DNA of 64,000 nt from Candidatus Bathyarchaeia archaeon (lineage in GTDB: Archaea; Thermoproteota; Bathyarchaeia; Bathyarchaeales; Bathycorpusculaceae): positions 1-64,000 of the forward strand of contig JAVZLM010000009.1 of assembly GCA_038883775.1 (NCBI GenBank), written 5' to 3'. The position numbers and the translations under genes were made by a program. The notes beneath the pieces were generated by a model. It was not told the origin of the DNA, made no database searches, and saw only the letters and a list, made by a program, of their open reading frames with translations. Each line of letters opens with the position of its first letter. Within the stretch, counting starts at the first letter, position 1. Shown piece by piece: positions 39,434 to 49,641 of the stretch.

Positions 39434-42400
39434 ATGAAAATGGAAAAAAGGAAAAAGCTAATTACAATACTAAGCGCAGCAATAATTGTAACAGCTATTT
39501 TTGCACCACTACTCATTGTAAAAAACGTAGCAGCAGCAGATCCAACAGACTGGTACATGACTGTTAACGGCGTTCTCGATAGCGACACTTATTTGCTTTA
39601 TCCATATGATAGTGAAAATCTGAAAGTTGGCCTTTCAAAGTTCGGTGAATTAATTGACAGCAACAACAATGTTGGACTTGAATATGCTGGTGCACGTGAT
39701 CCATTTGCAGCTCCGGTAGGTTCCAGTATTGATGAGGGTAAATTACCGAAGAAGGTCTGGATAAATGGTTGGTACATTGACATCCGGTATGTGCATGAGG
39801 ACTGGGGTTCACGGAACATTTGGGCTGGCGCGCTTTTTGCTGATAAAAGCGACTATGGCAAAAATTGGATAAGGGTTGACAACAATTATACCTATCCATA
39901 TCATCCAGTGACTGAAGCGCAGGAAAGTTTTGACGACAAAGGTTTAGAGCTTGATGATGACTTGGAGCCGATTCCTGGCTTGGTTAACGGTGGAAGGAAG
40001 ACTAATGGAACCGCCGTCACAGAGCCTATAACAGTGTTGTATGATGGCCCTCGTTTATTCGTTGCCAAAAGTGAGACTCACATTTACGACTGGAACGAGG
40101 AAATTAATGATAACTTGCATTTGGTGGACGTTATTTTGACAATAATGTTCAACAAGGTTAAGAAGGAAGTCGTTGTCATTAAGGATGTCAAATTTATTGA
40201 GCAAGCCAAGTATGTTATCGCTGACTTGACAATAACCGTACCAGATGACGACAATGGCGAGGAGGAAATAACTATTCCACAGGCAATACTTATCCAGTTC
40301 AGCAACAGGGAAGAGTGGGATTTAGGCGCCAAAAACGTTGCAGGAACCACCGATTATAGCAGTTACGTGCACTTCTACACTGCGGGAACCGCTCCACAAG
40401 ATGCGGAAGAAGAAGGGCAGTCAACAGTTTACAACGAGGACTGGACTTTACTGCCAACTCTTCCAGCAGGCGTAAAGTACAAAGACATAGAAATTAACGC
40501 TTGGGGATCTGAACCAGGCGCTAGCGGAACCTATGATGTCGCCCAAATAATTTCTAATGATAAGGCGTATGTGGGCTGGCACGCCTTCTGGCCAAGTCTA
40601 AGCGATTGGTCAGCAGACGCGGCTCGAGGCACCACTAAAACTTGGTACAGAGCTATGAAGGCTGATGACCCCCACTGGATTAACTCTTATTCTAGCAGTG
40701 AGCCCTTCCTTTCCCCGCTTATCGTGGGTGAGTGGGACTTCATCCTTTCGGACAAAGAGGACGTTTACGGCAGCGTTAATATTGGCAGACAGTTTAGAGG
40801 CGTAAGTGTCTACGGAGTAACAGACCTTCACGACGGCGACGATGCCAACATGGGTGCTAGACACGATGATGTTCTCGACACAGAAGTCAAATATCAGTTA
40901 GACGAGGTCTTTAACCCATGGGATTTGTTAAGCGCAGTTCACAAGAGCACGAGGCGTTGGGTTGAATGGAAAGAGGCCGATGCGTCTACAACGTTCACAA
41001 CTTCGCATGCGCCTGTTGTAGAGGTAGATGATGACGGGTGGGACGACTACTGCGTCTTCTCGGAGAGAGTTTTCGACTTGACAGAAAACGAGTTAGAAGC
41101 TAGAGTTGGCTATAACTGGATGGGACAAGACACTTACACGGTAACCTACAACGAAGACGGAACAATGACTATATCTGGCTTAGACGCTTACCATGAATAC
41201 AAGATATTGTACTCAACGCAACCAGTATGGGGAGATATGGGTACCATTGAATTAACAGAGGACTTTAACACATTTGATAGCGTATCTCCAGGAGATAGCG
41301 TAACCTTCGAGTACAGCACTTCTTACTTGTTCGACGCTGACCCCTTAGGAGTAATCCACGGATTCAACTTTACCGTAGCAATGGAGATAACCGTAAAAGA
41401 CACGGTGAGTGACGACTTTACAGAATCTCTTGATAATCCTTGTTTAGACGGCGTGCACAGCAACTTCAAAGTGTTTAGAGGAGAAACCTACTACAACGAT
41501 TACTACTTCTGGGATAACGTGACTTATAATGGCGACAACGTGGTTGTCACATGTGTAACTTTAGATCCAACGATGCTAACGTGGAATATAACCTCACCGG
41601 AAGAAACAGTTCACATAGCGATACTAGACATACTACTCTACCTAGCAAGCGAAATATCATACAACTATACTACAGAAGAATTGAATGTAACCTTCACACC
41701 TTACATGGGATATCTGTACATGGAGTACATGGGCGGCCGCTACGAATGGGGCATAGTGGGCAGGGACGCCCATTCAGTTGACTCTGCAGGCTTGTCCATG
41801 GTTTCAGCAGCCTTCAAAAACAAACAAGTCGAATATGGCTTGGCAGGCGCAGACATGTATGACCCATTGCCCTACAACCAGATGCCATGGGTAATGAGCA
41901 AAATAGGCGCAGACGATGAATGGACAGACTACTATTACAGTGGAACAGACTACCGCACAGCTTTAAGAGACGACTGGTGCACCACATGGCCTATTTCAAG
42001 CAGCAACATGATAGGTATAGGCGGACCCTTAGCTAATCTATTAGCATACTACGGAAACGACTTCATGATGACCATCTTCGGACTAAGTTACGAAACAACG
42101 TACGGAGACTTCACAGACTACGCGGATTGGGAGAAGGTCATAATACCCTTAACATGCTGGGACATAACCAAAACACAAACATACAGCTCCAGCAATGAAA
42201 CAGGCTATGCGGTAATATCCACATACAAGGACATAAACGGCACAGTCCTATTCCTAGTATGGGGACACTGGGGAAGAGACACCTATTACGCCAGCAAATG
42301 GTTCCACGAAGAAGGCATATACCAACTACAAGAAGCCCCAGAAGGCTTAACAGCAATAATACTGAAAATCACTTACGAAAGCACAGATGAAGGCTACAAA

Positions 42401-42496
42401 CCAACAGGCTACAGCATCGTCGAATGTTTAGGCACAATAAGCGAAACCGAATGGACCCATAACAGAGAAACTAAAGGCGGAATCCACGACCCATAA
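39434..42496 (+). CDS. Probable S-layer (major surface) protein
   Basis: 1020 aa, signal peptide, very acidic and aromatic-rich, GAGGA SD, T-rich terminator, next to a glycosyltransferase cluster. Confidence 0.65.
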   Translation: MKMEKRKKLITILSAAIIVTAIFAPLLIVKNVAAADPTDWYMTVNGVLDSDTYLLYPYDSENLKVGLSKFGELIDSNNNVGLEYAGARDPFAAPVGSSIDEGKLPKKVWINGWYIDIRYVHEDWGSRNIWAGALFADKSDYGKNWIRVDNNYTYPYHPVTEAQESFDDKGLELDDDLEPIPGLVNGGRKTNGTAVTEPITVLYDGPRLFVAKSETHIYDWNEEINDNLHLVDVILTIMFNKVKKEVVVIKDVKFIEQAKYVIADLTITVPDDDNGEEEITIPQAILIQFSNREEWDLGAKNVAGTTDYSSYVHFYTAGTAPQDAEEEGQSTVYNEDWTLLPTLPAGVKYKDIEINAWGSEPGASGTYDVAQIISNDKAYVGWHAFWPSLSDWSADAARGTTKTWYRAMKADDPHWINSYSSSEPFLSPLIVGEWDFILSDKEDVYGSVNIGRQFRGVSVYGVTDLHDGDDANMGARHDDVLDTEVKYQLDEVFNPWDLLSAVHKSTRRWVEWKEADASTTFTTSHAPVVEVDDDGWDDYCVFSERVFDLTENELEARVGYNWMGQDTYTVTYNEDGTMTISGLDAYHEYKILYSTQPVWGDMGTIELTEDFNTFDSVSPGDSVTFEYSTSYLFDADPLGVIHGFNFTVAMEITVKDTVSDDFTESLDNPCLDGVHSNFKVFRGETYYNDYYFWDNVTYNGDNVVVTCVTLDPTMLTWNITSPEETVHIAILDILLYLASEISYNYTTEELNVTFTPYMGYLYMEYMGGRYEWGIVGRDAHSVDSAGLSMVSAAFKNKQVEYGLAGADMYDPLPYNQMPWVMSKIGADDEWTDYYYSGTDYRTALRDDWCTTWPISSSNMIGIGGPLANLLAYYGNDFMMTIFGLSYETTYGDFTDYADWEKVIIPLTCWDITKTQTYSSSNETGYAVISTYKDINGTVLFLVWGHWGRDTYYASKWFHEEGIYQLQEAPEGLTAIILKITYESTDEGYKPTGYSIVECLGTISETEWTHNRETKGGIHDP

Positions 42497-42509
42497 ACCG
42501 CTACAACCC

Positions 42510-42532
42510 CTCTTTTTTATTTCCCCATTTTT
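42510..42532 (+). terminator. Oligo-T archaeal terminator
   Basis: CTCTTTTTTATTTCCCCATTTTT right after the stop codon. Confidence 0.5.
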
Positions 42533-42577
42533 AAGGTAAATCTTCTAAAATACAAAGCGCATACTAAAATAACGAGC

Positions 42578-44590
42578 GTGGACTCCATGAAAACCTGGAA
42601 TACTATAAGCTTCAAAATGGAAAAGATTATAAATTTTGCAGAAGCAAAAGCTGACAAGCTCATTATAGTTTTTATAGCCATATACACGCTAGTTTTCTCC
42701 AGCTACACGATTTTCATGCATTATGCCTTCAAAACCTACGCATGGGATCTCGGCATATTCACACAAGCCTTATGGACAACAATAAACCTAGGTAAACCCC
42801 TCTACTATACAATTGAATCAGTAAGAAACCCAAGCCTAAACTTTCTTGGAGCCCACTTCTCACCAATACTCTTGCTTATTATACCAGTTTATGCCCTTTA
42901 CCAGTCGCCCTTAACTCTACTTGTATTTCAATCTTTCATCATCGCTTTAGCAGCCCTTCCGCTATATTGGATTGCGAAAGATACGCTTAAAAACAATCTT
43001 TGGGGTCTAACTTTCGCCGCAGCATTTCTTCTGCATCCAGCACTGCATGGAATGAACTGTTTCGACTTCCACGTGGAAGCATTTATTCCATTGTTTTTCC
43101 TGTTAACTTACTATTACTTTGAAAAACAACAATGGCTCAAAGGTTCATTTTTCTCCATATTAACTCTATCAACAATAGAGTTTGCCCCCATACTTGTCCT
43201 GTTTCTTGGACTTTACTTGCTCCTCAAAACCTTCTTCCAAACGCCAAAAAAAGAAGTCAAAATCAACATAAAAACCATATTCTTTCAAGTTTTATTAGTA
43301 AGCATAAGCATTTTCTGGCTCTTTCTAGCATTTAGCATAACCTACAGCATAAACCCTTTAAAAGCTGTTGGACTCCCAGGAAACTGGGACAACTGGGGAA
43401 CAAGTCTCACTGAAGTTATCTTCAACGTAATTAAAAACCCAATTAGAGTGCTGGGGACAATTGCAAACCCCATAGAAAAAAGCTACTACACCTTTTTCAT
43501 TTTTGTTCCAATAATTTTTCTACCCTTACTGGCACCATTAGAGTTATCGTTATCCTTTCCATGGATATTTGCTGCACTATTATCTGAATATCCACCCTAT
43601 TACGAACCTTACTTTCAATATTTTGGATTCATTGTTGGACAAATTTTCGTCGCAGCAATACATGGAGCAAAAAGGCTACTTTTAACAGAGAAGAATTCAC
43701 ATAGAAACCATCCGAAAATAGAAAGGAAAATTATGGCCTTAATCCTTATCTTAAGCTTAGCTTCAGCAGTTGCTGTAAGCCCCATAGGTTTGCCAGCTCT
43801 AACAAGGAGAAAAGTCGAAATAACATCCCACACACAAGCTTTACATGAAGTGCTCAGCCTTATTCCATCGAACGCTTCAGTTGCCACACAAAACGACATT
43901 TTACCGCATCTAGCCCAAAGAGAACAAATACACGTTTTAGGATGGCCAATGGAAACAGAAATAGACTATATAATATTGGATTTAAAGTCTTCTCACGTAT
44001 TCTATGGACCAACGCCAACATCTGTTTCCCCGATTGATGCACTATGCCAAATTATGAGAGATGGAAAATACGGAGTAGCAGCCTATGCCGACGGCGTACT
44101 ATTGCTCATAAAAGGCTATACTGGAACCTACATAATTTTTAAGCCATATCACGAATGCTTCAATTATGAAGATTTATACACATTTCCATCCACATCTTTC
44201 ATAAAATACGATGAGACAAGCAGATCCGGCAAAACAATCATTCACAGTACAAATCATAAACCCGGAGTTATCTGGTATGGTCCATACCAATGGCTTTACA
44301 CTGGAAACTACAGTGTAACATTTAGAGTAAAAATAGAGTCAGAAAATACAAGTTTTACAATAGATGTATTTGCCTCCGAATTTGACTTAACAACAAACAT
44401 GTGGCTTCCCAAAAGACTTTGTGATAGAACATTAAATTTCAGCGATTTCGGGTCCTTGGGTGAATGGCGGGATTTCACCCTCAATTTTGAGATAGAAGGT
44501 CTAAAAAGATTGGAATTTAGGGGAATTTGCGAATTTGAAAACATGCACGTAGCCCTTGACTACATTAATGTGACACAGCTGGGACCATAA
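42578..44590 (+). CDS. DUF2079-family membrane protein (GT-C-like)
   Basis: WDLGIF.Q, HFSPIL, FDFH.E, HLAQRE; multiple TM plus C-terminal soluble domain. Confidence 0.85.
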   Translation: MDSMKTWNTISFKMEKIINFAEAKADKLIIVFIAIYTLVFSSYTIFMHYAFKTYAWDLGIFTQALWTTINLGKPLYYTIESVRNPSLNFLGAHFSPILLLIIPVYALYQSPLTLLVFQSFIIALAALPLYWIAKDTLKNNLWGLTFAAAFLLHPALHGMNCFDFHVEAFIPLFFLLTYYYFEKQQWLKGSFFSILTLSTIEFAPILVLFLGLYLLLKTFFQTPKKEVKINIKTIFFQVLLVSISIFWLFLAFSITYSINPLKAVGLPGNWDNWGTSLTEVIFNVIKNPIRVLGTIANPIEKSYYTFFIFVPIIFLPLLAPLELSLSFPWIFAALLSEYPPYYEPYFQYFGFIVGQIFVAAIHGAKRLLLTEKNSHRNHPKIERKIMALILILSLASAVAVSPIGLPALTRRKVEITSHTQALHEVLSLIPSNASVATQNDILPHLAQREQIHVLGWPMETEIDYIILDLKSSHVFYGPTPTSVSPIDALCQIMRDGKYGVAAYADGVLLLIKGYTGTYIIFKPYHECFNYEDLYTFPSTSFIKYDETSRSGKTIIHSTNHKPGVIWYGPYQWLYTGNYSVTFRVKIESENTSFTIDVFASEFDLTTNMWLPKRLCDRTLNFSDFGSLGEWRDFTLNFEIEGLKRLEFRGICEFENMHVALDYINVTQLGP

Positions 44591-45706
44591 TTGAAAATAG
44601 CAATGATAGTTGAACGTTTTCCTCCAGATATAGGAGGCTCAGGAACAAGATTTTACAAAATAGCAGAACACCTCTCCCAAAAAAAATATGACATAGACGT
44701 TTTCACCATTGGATCCGCTCAACCACAAATCAAAAAGCACAACTTTAATATTTATCGATTAAATTTGAGAAAGTTAGCTTTGCTTCCCTTTTTTGAAAGT
44801 TTTAACAGAGTTGCATTCCTCAGTTTTTCAACTTTTCTCCAATTTTTGTTTCGTTCCTACGATTTAATAGATGTTGATGTTTGGCCTTTCCTCCATTTTT
44901 TCTTAGCAAAAATAGCGAAACCAAAAATACCCATTGTGGTCTCTTGGAATGTTGTTTGGCCTTTCTCTTACAAAAGACCGATAAGTAAAATTAATGAAAT
45001 TCTCGCATATGCAATTTCAAAATTAGGCACATATAACATAACGGTTTCAAATTTTGCCAAAAAGACGTTGCAGGAGAGACTTGGCATCTGTTCGGAAAAG
45101 ATAGAAGTTATTCCAAACGGGATAGATGAGGAATTTTTTAAGGTTAACCTAGAACCTCAAGTTGGCCGCATAATTTTTGTAGGACGCCTTGAACCTCAGA
45201 AGAGACTAGATTTAACGCTAACAGCCTTCAAGATTTTCAGGGAAAAAGTAAGTTCCGCAGAATTTCACATCATCGGTTCTGGGCCCCTTTACATGTATTT
45301 AGTAAAAATGTCTAAAAAAATTGATGGTGTTCATTTACATGGCTTTATTCCTGTTGAAAAGAAAGAAGAACTAATTTCACAGCTAAAGAAATCCTGGGTC
45401 TTTGTTTCAGCAAGTGAATTCGAATCCTATGGATTATCAATAGCCGAATCGTTAAGCATGGGCTTACCAGTGTTGGTGACAAAAACTCCTTATAACGCTG
45501 CAATCAATGAGTTTGTTAGGCACAATTATAATGGTTTAATAGTTGAACACAACAAGCCGATAGCGATAGCAAACGCTCTTGAAAAACTTTACATTGATCA
45601 AAAGCTTTGGATTAAGCTTAGTGAAAACGCAAAACGATCTCACTTTTCCACATGGAATGATGTTGCAAGGAAAGTTGGAGAAGTTTACAAAAAACTTATT
45701 GAATGA
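44591..45706 (+). CDS. Glycosyltransferase family 4
   Basis: FPPDIGG, IPNGID, FVGRL.PQK, S.FESYGL.IAESLSMGLPV. Confidence 0.93.
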   Translation: MKIAMIVERFPPDIGGSGTRFYKIAEHLSQKKYDIDVFTIGSAQPQIKKHNFNIYRLNLRKLALLPFFESFNRVAFLSFSTFLQFLFRSYDLIDVDVWPFLHFFLAKIAKPKIPIVVSWNVVWPFSYKRPISKINEILAYAISKLGTYNITVSNFAKKTLQERLGICSEKIEVIPNGIDEEFFKVNLEPQVGRIIFVGRLEPQKRLDLTLTAFKIFREKVSSAEFHIIGSGPLYMYLVKMSKKIDGVHLHGFIPVEKKEELISQLKKSWVFVSASEFESYGLSIAESLSMGLPVLVTKTPYNAAINEFVRHNYNGLIVEHNKPIAIANALEKLYIDQKLWIKLSENAKRSHFSTWNDVARKVGEVYKKLIE

Positions 45707-45730
45707 ACAGATAATTTTGAGGGCAACAAT

Positions 45731-46828
45731 TTAACAATTAATGTAGGTTTGTAAAATTTCAAACCATTTTTTTGCGTAAACAGTTTTATCGAAGGTTAAA
45801 GCATGTTTTACACATTCCAGTCTCATTTGGTTGTGATAACCTTCTTTCCAAAGCTCTAAAGCTTTATGGAATATTTCATTATTGTTTTTCGCAAGCCATC
45901 CTGTAACACCGTTGATGACGGACTCTCTTGGACCTTGTGAATCATAGGTAAGCGTAGGCGTGCCGCAAGCCATGCTTTCAACTGGTATATAGCCAAAAGG
46001 TTCATGGGTGAAAGTGAATAATGTAAAGAGAGCGTTAGAATAAGCATCTACAAGTTGATCCGTAGGTATTCTACCCAAAAAATCAATATTTGGATGATTG
46101 GTTAAATTCTTAGGTATAAAGGGGATTTTGGATCCGAAAGCCTTAATTTTAACGCCTTGATCAGCAATGGCTTTTATTATTGAAAAGGCTGTTTCCTTTC
46201 CAAAGTAGGTAAGGACATAGTCGCCTGTGGGATTTGAGGTGATCGGACGAAATACTTTGCAGTCTATTGGAGGATATATGATGGTTTTAACTTTTATTTT
46301 CCATTCCCAATATAGAGAAGCACAAAAATTAGAATTAGCAACTACGCATACAGAGTCTCTACATGTACTTTTAATTAAATTTCCATCCGCATATTTAATA
46401 AATGGTTTTAAGATTTCATAGACAAATCTGTAGGTTGGAGTTAGTTCTTCTTCCATATCTTTAAGGGCTGCTGAAGTTGGACCTTGAAGATACCAAAATA
46501 TGGAGGGAACGTCAAGCGTGTGGGAAAAATTGACGGAGATGCATGAATTATGGTTTATCCTTTTTGAATTTAATTTAAAAAAAGCCTCGCGCGCCCATGT
46601 TTCAAACCATAAGATTGACAAACCGAATTTTTTAGCAAAAAGCCTAGCGCGCAAATTTATAGGTTTTATACCTTTAGAATTTAAGTGCCTTTCCACATCT
46701 CTCGATATAATTGGCGATATCATGGAAACTTTATAACCTTTTTCAGTTAAGAAGTCAGCCAAATACAATGCAGGTCTAATGCTGCCTTCCAAATCCATCA
46801 TTATGTCACAGGCTATGGCAAAATCCAT
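45731..46828 (-). CDS. Glycosyltransferase family 4-like
   Basis: ANS.F, IYPPID, EPFGYIPVESMACGTP. Confidence 0.9.
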   Translation of the reverse strand: MDFAIACDIMMDLEGSIRPALYLADFLTEKGYKVSMISPIISRDVERHLNSKGIKPINLRARLFAKKFGLSILWFETWAREAFFKLNSKRINHNSCISVNFSHTLDVPSIFWYLQGPTSAALKDMEEELTPTYRFVYEILKPFIKYADGNLIKSTCRDSVCVVANSNFCASLYWEWKIKVKTIIYPPIDCKVFRPITSNPTGDYVLTYFGKETAFSIIKAIADQGVKIKAFGSKIPFIPKNLTNHPNIDFLGRIPTDQLVDAYSNALFTLFTFTHEPFGYIPVESMACGTPTLTYDSQGPRESVINGVTGWLAKNNNEIFHKALELWKEGYHNQMRLECVKHALTFDKTVYAKKWFEILQTYINC

Positions 46829-46839
46829 TTACTCACCTG

Positions 46840-47610
46840 TCAAAAATGGTTTTCGGCCAAAAATGCAGTTCTCAAGTTTTGTAATGCAGTTTTTAGAACA
46901 TAGGAAATAAAGCTTAGCATCTCGTTTTTTGTAAGTTTTGATTTTCCTTTCTTTCTGTTAATGAATGTTATCGGAGTTTCTGTAATTTTGGCTTTTAAAA
47001 TGTATGCTTGTCTAAGGGTTTCGATTTGAATTTCGTACGTTTGACTGTGAAGATATGGCAAAATTTTTTGGACATATGTTCTTGAATAGCACCTAAAACC
47101 ACTTGTGAAGTCGCTTATTGGCAAGGCTACTATTTTTGCTGTTATTTTGTTGGCAATCTTACTTATTGCAAGACGTGTTAGAGGCCACCCTTTAACTTTT
47201 CCTCCTCGACAATATCTGCTTCCGATAACGATGTCATAGCCTTTCCTGGCTTGTTGTAACAAATTTGGGATGTCCTTAGGATCATGCGAGTGGTCAGCAT
47301 CCATTGTTATTATGTAGTCTGGGGGAAATGGTTGAGACAGAATGAAACGAAAACCGTAGGTTATGGCTGTTCCAAGTCCTGCTTTACGTACTCTACTTAA
47401 TAGAATTAGGTTAGGATAGCTTTCTTGAAGTTTTTTGACAATGTTTCCGGTTCCATCAGGACTTGAATCATCTATAACGAATATTTCGGAATTAATTTCC
47501 AAATTTTCAATGGCTAAAACGAGTTTTTTAATATTTTCAGCTTCGCAGTATGTTGGCAATATTATGGCCGTACGATAACAATTTTTGTCGTATGCCTTAC
47601 CAGAGTTCAA
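46840..47610 (-). CDS. GT2 polyprenol-phosphate mannose synthase-like
   Basis: PTYCE, DDSSPDGTG, MDADHSH.P, GSRY, DFTSGFR. Confidence 0.92.
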   Translation of the reverse strand: MNSGKAYDKNCYRTAIILPTYCEAENIKKLVLAIENLEINSEIFVIDDSSPDGTGNIVKKLQESYPNLILLSRVRKAGLGTAITYGFRFILSQPFPPDYIITMDADHSHDPKDIPNLLQQARKGYDIVIGSRYCRGGKVKGWPLTRLAISKIANKITAKIVALPISDFTSGFRCYSRTYVQKILPYLHSQTYEIQIETLRQAYILKAKITETPITFINRKKGKSKLTKNEMLSFISYVLKTALQNLRTAFLAENHF

Positions 47611-47805
47611 CTTTTCATCAACCTTGCATAAAGAGGTTTTCCTGCGTTTTTGTCTGTTTTAATTCGGCATGGGGTTTTGTCTTTAAACCATTATTAAAAA
47701 GTTTTTAGGAGCTCAGATTCCGAACCCGAAGCAAAAGTGAGCCCAATAAACTTTTTTACTTCCAAGCATTCTAATACGGCAACAAAACCTAGAAAGGAAA
47801 CGAAC

Positions 47806-48933
47806 ATGAGCGAAACATCAACTGAAGGCGAAACCCAAATAACTCAAACAAACTTTGAAGAGATAACCAAACTGGTTTCCACAGAGTTCCAAATAGAAGA
47901 AGCCTTAATAGAACATAATATTCCAACATATTATTTGAAACAGCCGCAAGAAACAAAACAAGCCTTTCTGAGGCTGCTGAAAAATTTAGAAACGATAAAT
48001 TTGTTAGCAATTTTACGGAGAAGAGATGGGCGAATAATTCTAAGGGTTATTCCAAAACCCAGCGCAAAGCCAAGTAATATTATGGTGAATTGGATACTAT
48101 TCTTTGCAACTATAGCAACAACATTTGTCACGGGCTACATGTTTTCAGAAAACTTGATAAACCCATTAATTGGCGGAGTCACATTCACTATAGCTATAAT
48201 AGCGATACTTGGTATGCATGAAATGGGACATAAATTAACAGCTAACAAAAGTGGCATAGAAGCAACGCCACCATACTTTATTCCGGGACCACCACCTATG
48301 GGCTTTTTTAGTATAGGAACCTTTGGAGCAGTTATAATGCAAAGATCTCTTGCACCAAACAAGGATTCACTCTTTGACATAGGCGCAAGTGGACCCATAA
48401 TAAGTTTTATTTTGGCTATGATTGCAACAATAATAGGTTTGCCATTATCCCATCCTGGATGGGAACCCCAAGGCACACCAACTTTACCCGTCCCGCTTGT
48501 ATTTGATCTCCTTGAGCGGGCGTTCCCATTTTTGACCCCACCTCATCAAACGCAGCCTCCAGGACCAGGGTATATTCCAGTTATCTACTTGCATCCAGTA
48601 GCGATAGCCGGATGGGCTGGACTCATTGTCACTTCGCTCAATCTTTTTCCTGCAGCGATGCTTGATGGAGGACATGTCTCAAGGGCGATGTTTGGCGAGA
48701 AAACTCGGACGGTATTGACGCTTTTGTCTGTTTTAGCGTTGATTTATGTGAGTTTTCCGATGGCTATTTTTGTTCTTTTTATGTCAATGTATAGGCATCC
48801 GGGACCGTTAGATGACGTTTCCAGTCTGTCTAAAGGTAGAAAATTTTTGACGGTATTTTTGGTGGTTATTCTTGTGCTTTCTTCTTTCTTTCATTATTTG
48901 GTATATGCTTTGATTAGACTTCTGGGGCTTTAA
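47806..48933 (+). CDS. Site-2 protease (M50)
   Basis: HEMGH, GTFGAVI, FDIGASGP, NLFPAAMLDGGH; ATG at 47806. Confidence 0.93.
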   Translation: MSETSTEGETQITQTNFEEITKLVSTEFQIEEALIEHNIPTYYLKQPQETKQAFLRLLKNLETINLLAILRRRDGRIILRVIPKPSAKPSNIMVNWILFFATIATTFVTGYMFSENLINPLIGGVTFTIAIIAILGMHEMGHKLTANKSGIEATPPYFIPGPPPMGFFSIGTFGAVIMQRSLAPNKDSLFDIGASGPIISFILAMIATIIGLPLSHPGWEPQGTPTLPVPLVFDLLERAFPFLTPPHQTQPPGPGYIPVIYLHPVAIAGWAGLIVTSLNLFPAAMLDGGHVSRAMFGEKTRTVLTLLSVLALIYVSFPMAIFVLFMSMYRHPGPLDDVSSLSKGRKFLTVFLVVILVLSSFFHYLVYALIRLLGL

Positions 48934-49048
48934 GAGATGATTTGTATTTTTGTTGTGCGTTTAGACAGTAACGTTTATTAAATATTGCTATACTCGATAT
49001 CTTCTCGGAGAGACCTATACAAACCAAAACATAAAAGGTGAAAAAGGA

Positions 49049-49270
49049 GTGAAGGGATTAGCAATCCTAATAGCTTTCTTTTTACTTTTCACATCCGCTT
49101 CTCTGCTTATTCCTTCACCAATGTTTCCGGGAAACTTTTTCTGCACATTAATAGGAAAAAGCGCAACCGAATATTCAGAATATTTAAGCGCAGTTTTTAA
49201 TGGAATCTTTTATGGCGTTATCTTGTGGTTGGTTTTTGTTCTTATAAGTAAGAGATTCGAAGAAAAATAA
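49049..49270 (+). CDS. Small 2-TM membrane protein
   Basis: Two hydrophobic helices, PMFPG loop; AAGGAG SD. Confidence 0.7.
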   Translation: MKGLAILIAFFLLFTSASLLIPSPMFPGNFFCTLIGKSATEYSEYLSAVFNGIFYGVILWLVFVLISKRFEEK

Positions 49271-49280
49271 TCACTTAAAT

Positions 49281-49529
49281 TTAGATTTCTGGTTGCGATA
49301 GAAAACCTACGAGTCTAATGGTGCTTTTACACTTGTTGCACATCAAAATCAATTCTGCTAGCTCGTCACCTTTAACTTTGGTTTCAAGAATTTGATAAAC
49401 CTCATCGGTCTCATCGTCTGGAGATATTATGATTCCACATTTTGGACAGGGGAAAGCTCCATCTCCATCAATCTTTGTCAAATCAACCGTGTAAATCATT
49501 CCTTTCTTGGCGGCTGTTTTCTTCATCAT
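49281..49529 (-). CDS. Small zinc-ribbon protein
   Basis: FPCPKCG...CNKC; start probably ATG 49529. Confidence 0.8.
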   Translation of the reverse strand: MMKKTAAKKGMIYTVDLTKIDGDGAFPCPKCGIIISPDDETDEVYQILETKVKGDELAELILMCNKCKSTIRLVGFLSQPEI

Positions 49530-49641
49530 TTTGATGCACCTTTTCCTTTGAAGGGCATGGTTAGCCAAGAATATAATTAACAATTATGAATTAGTAATAT
49601 GAATGCAAAATTCACGTATTGCATTTACTTATCAGACGCAT

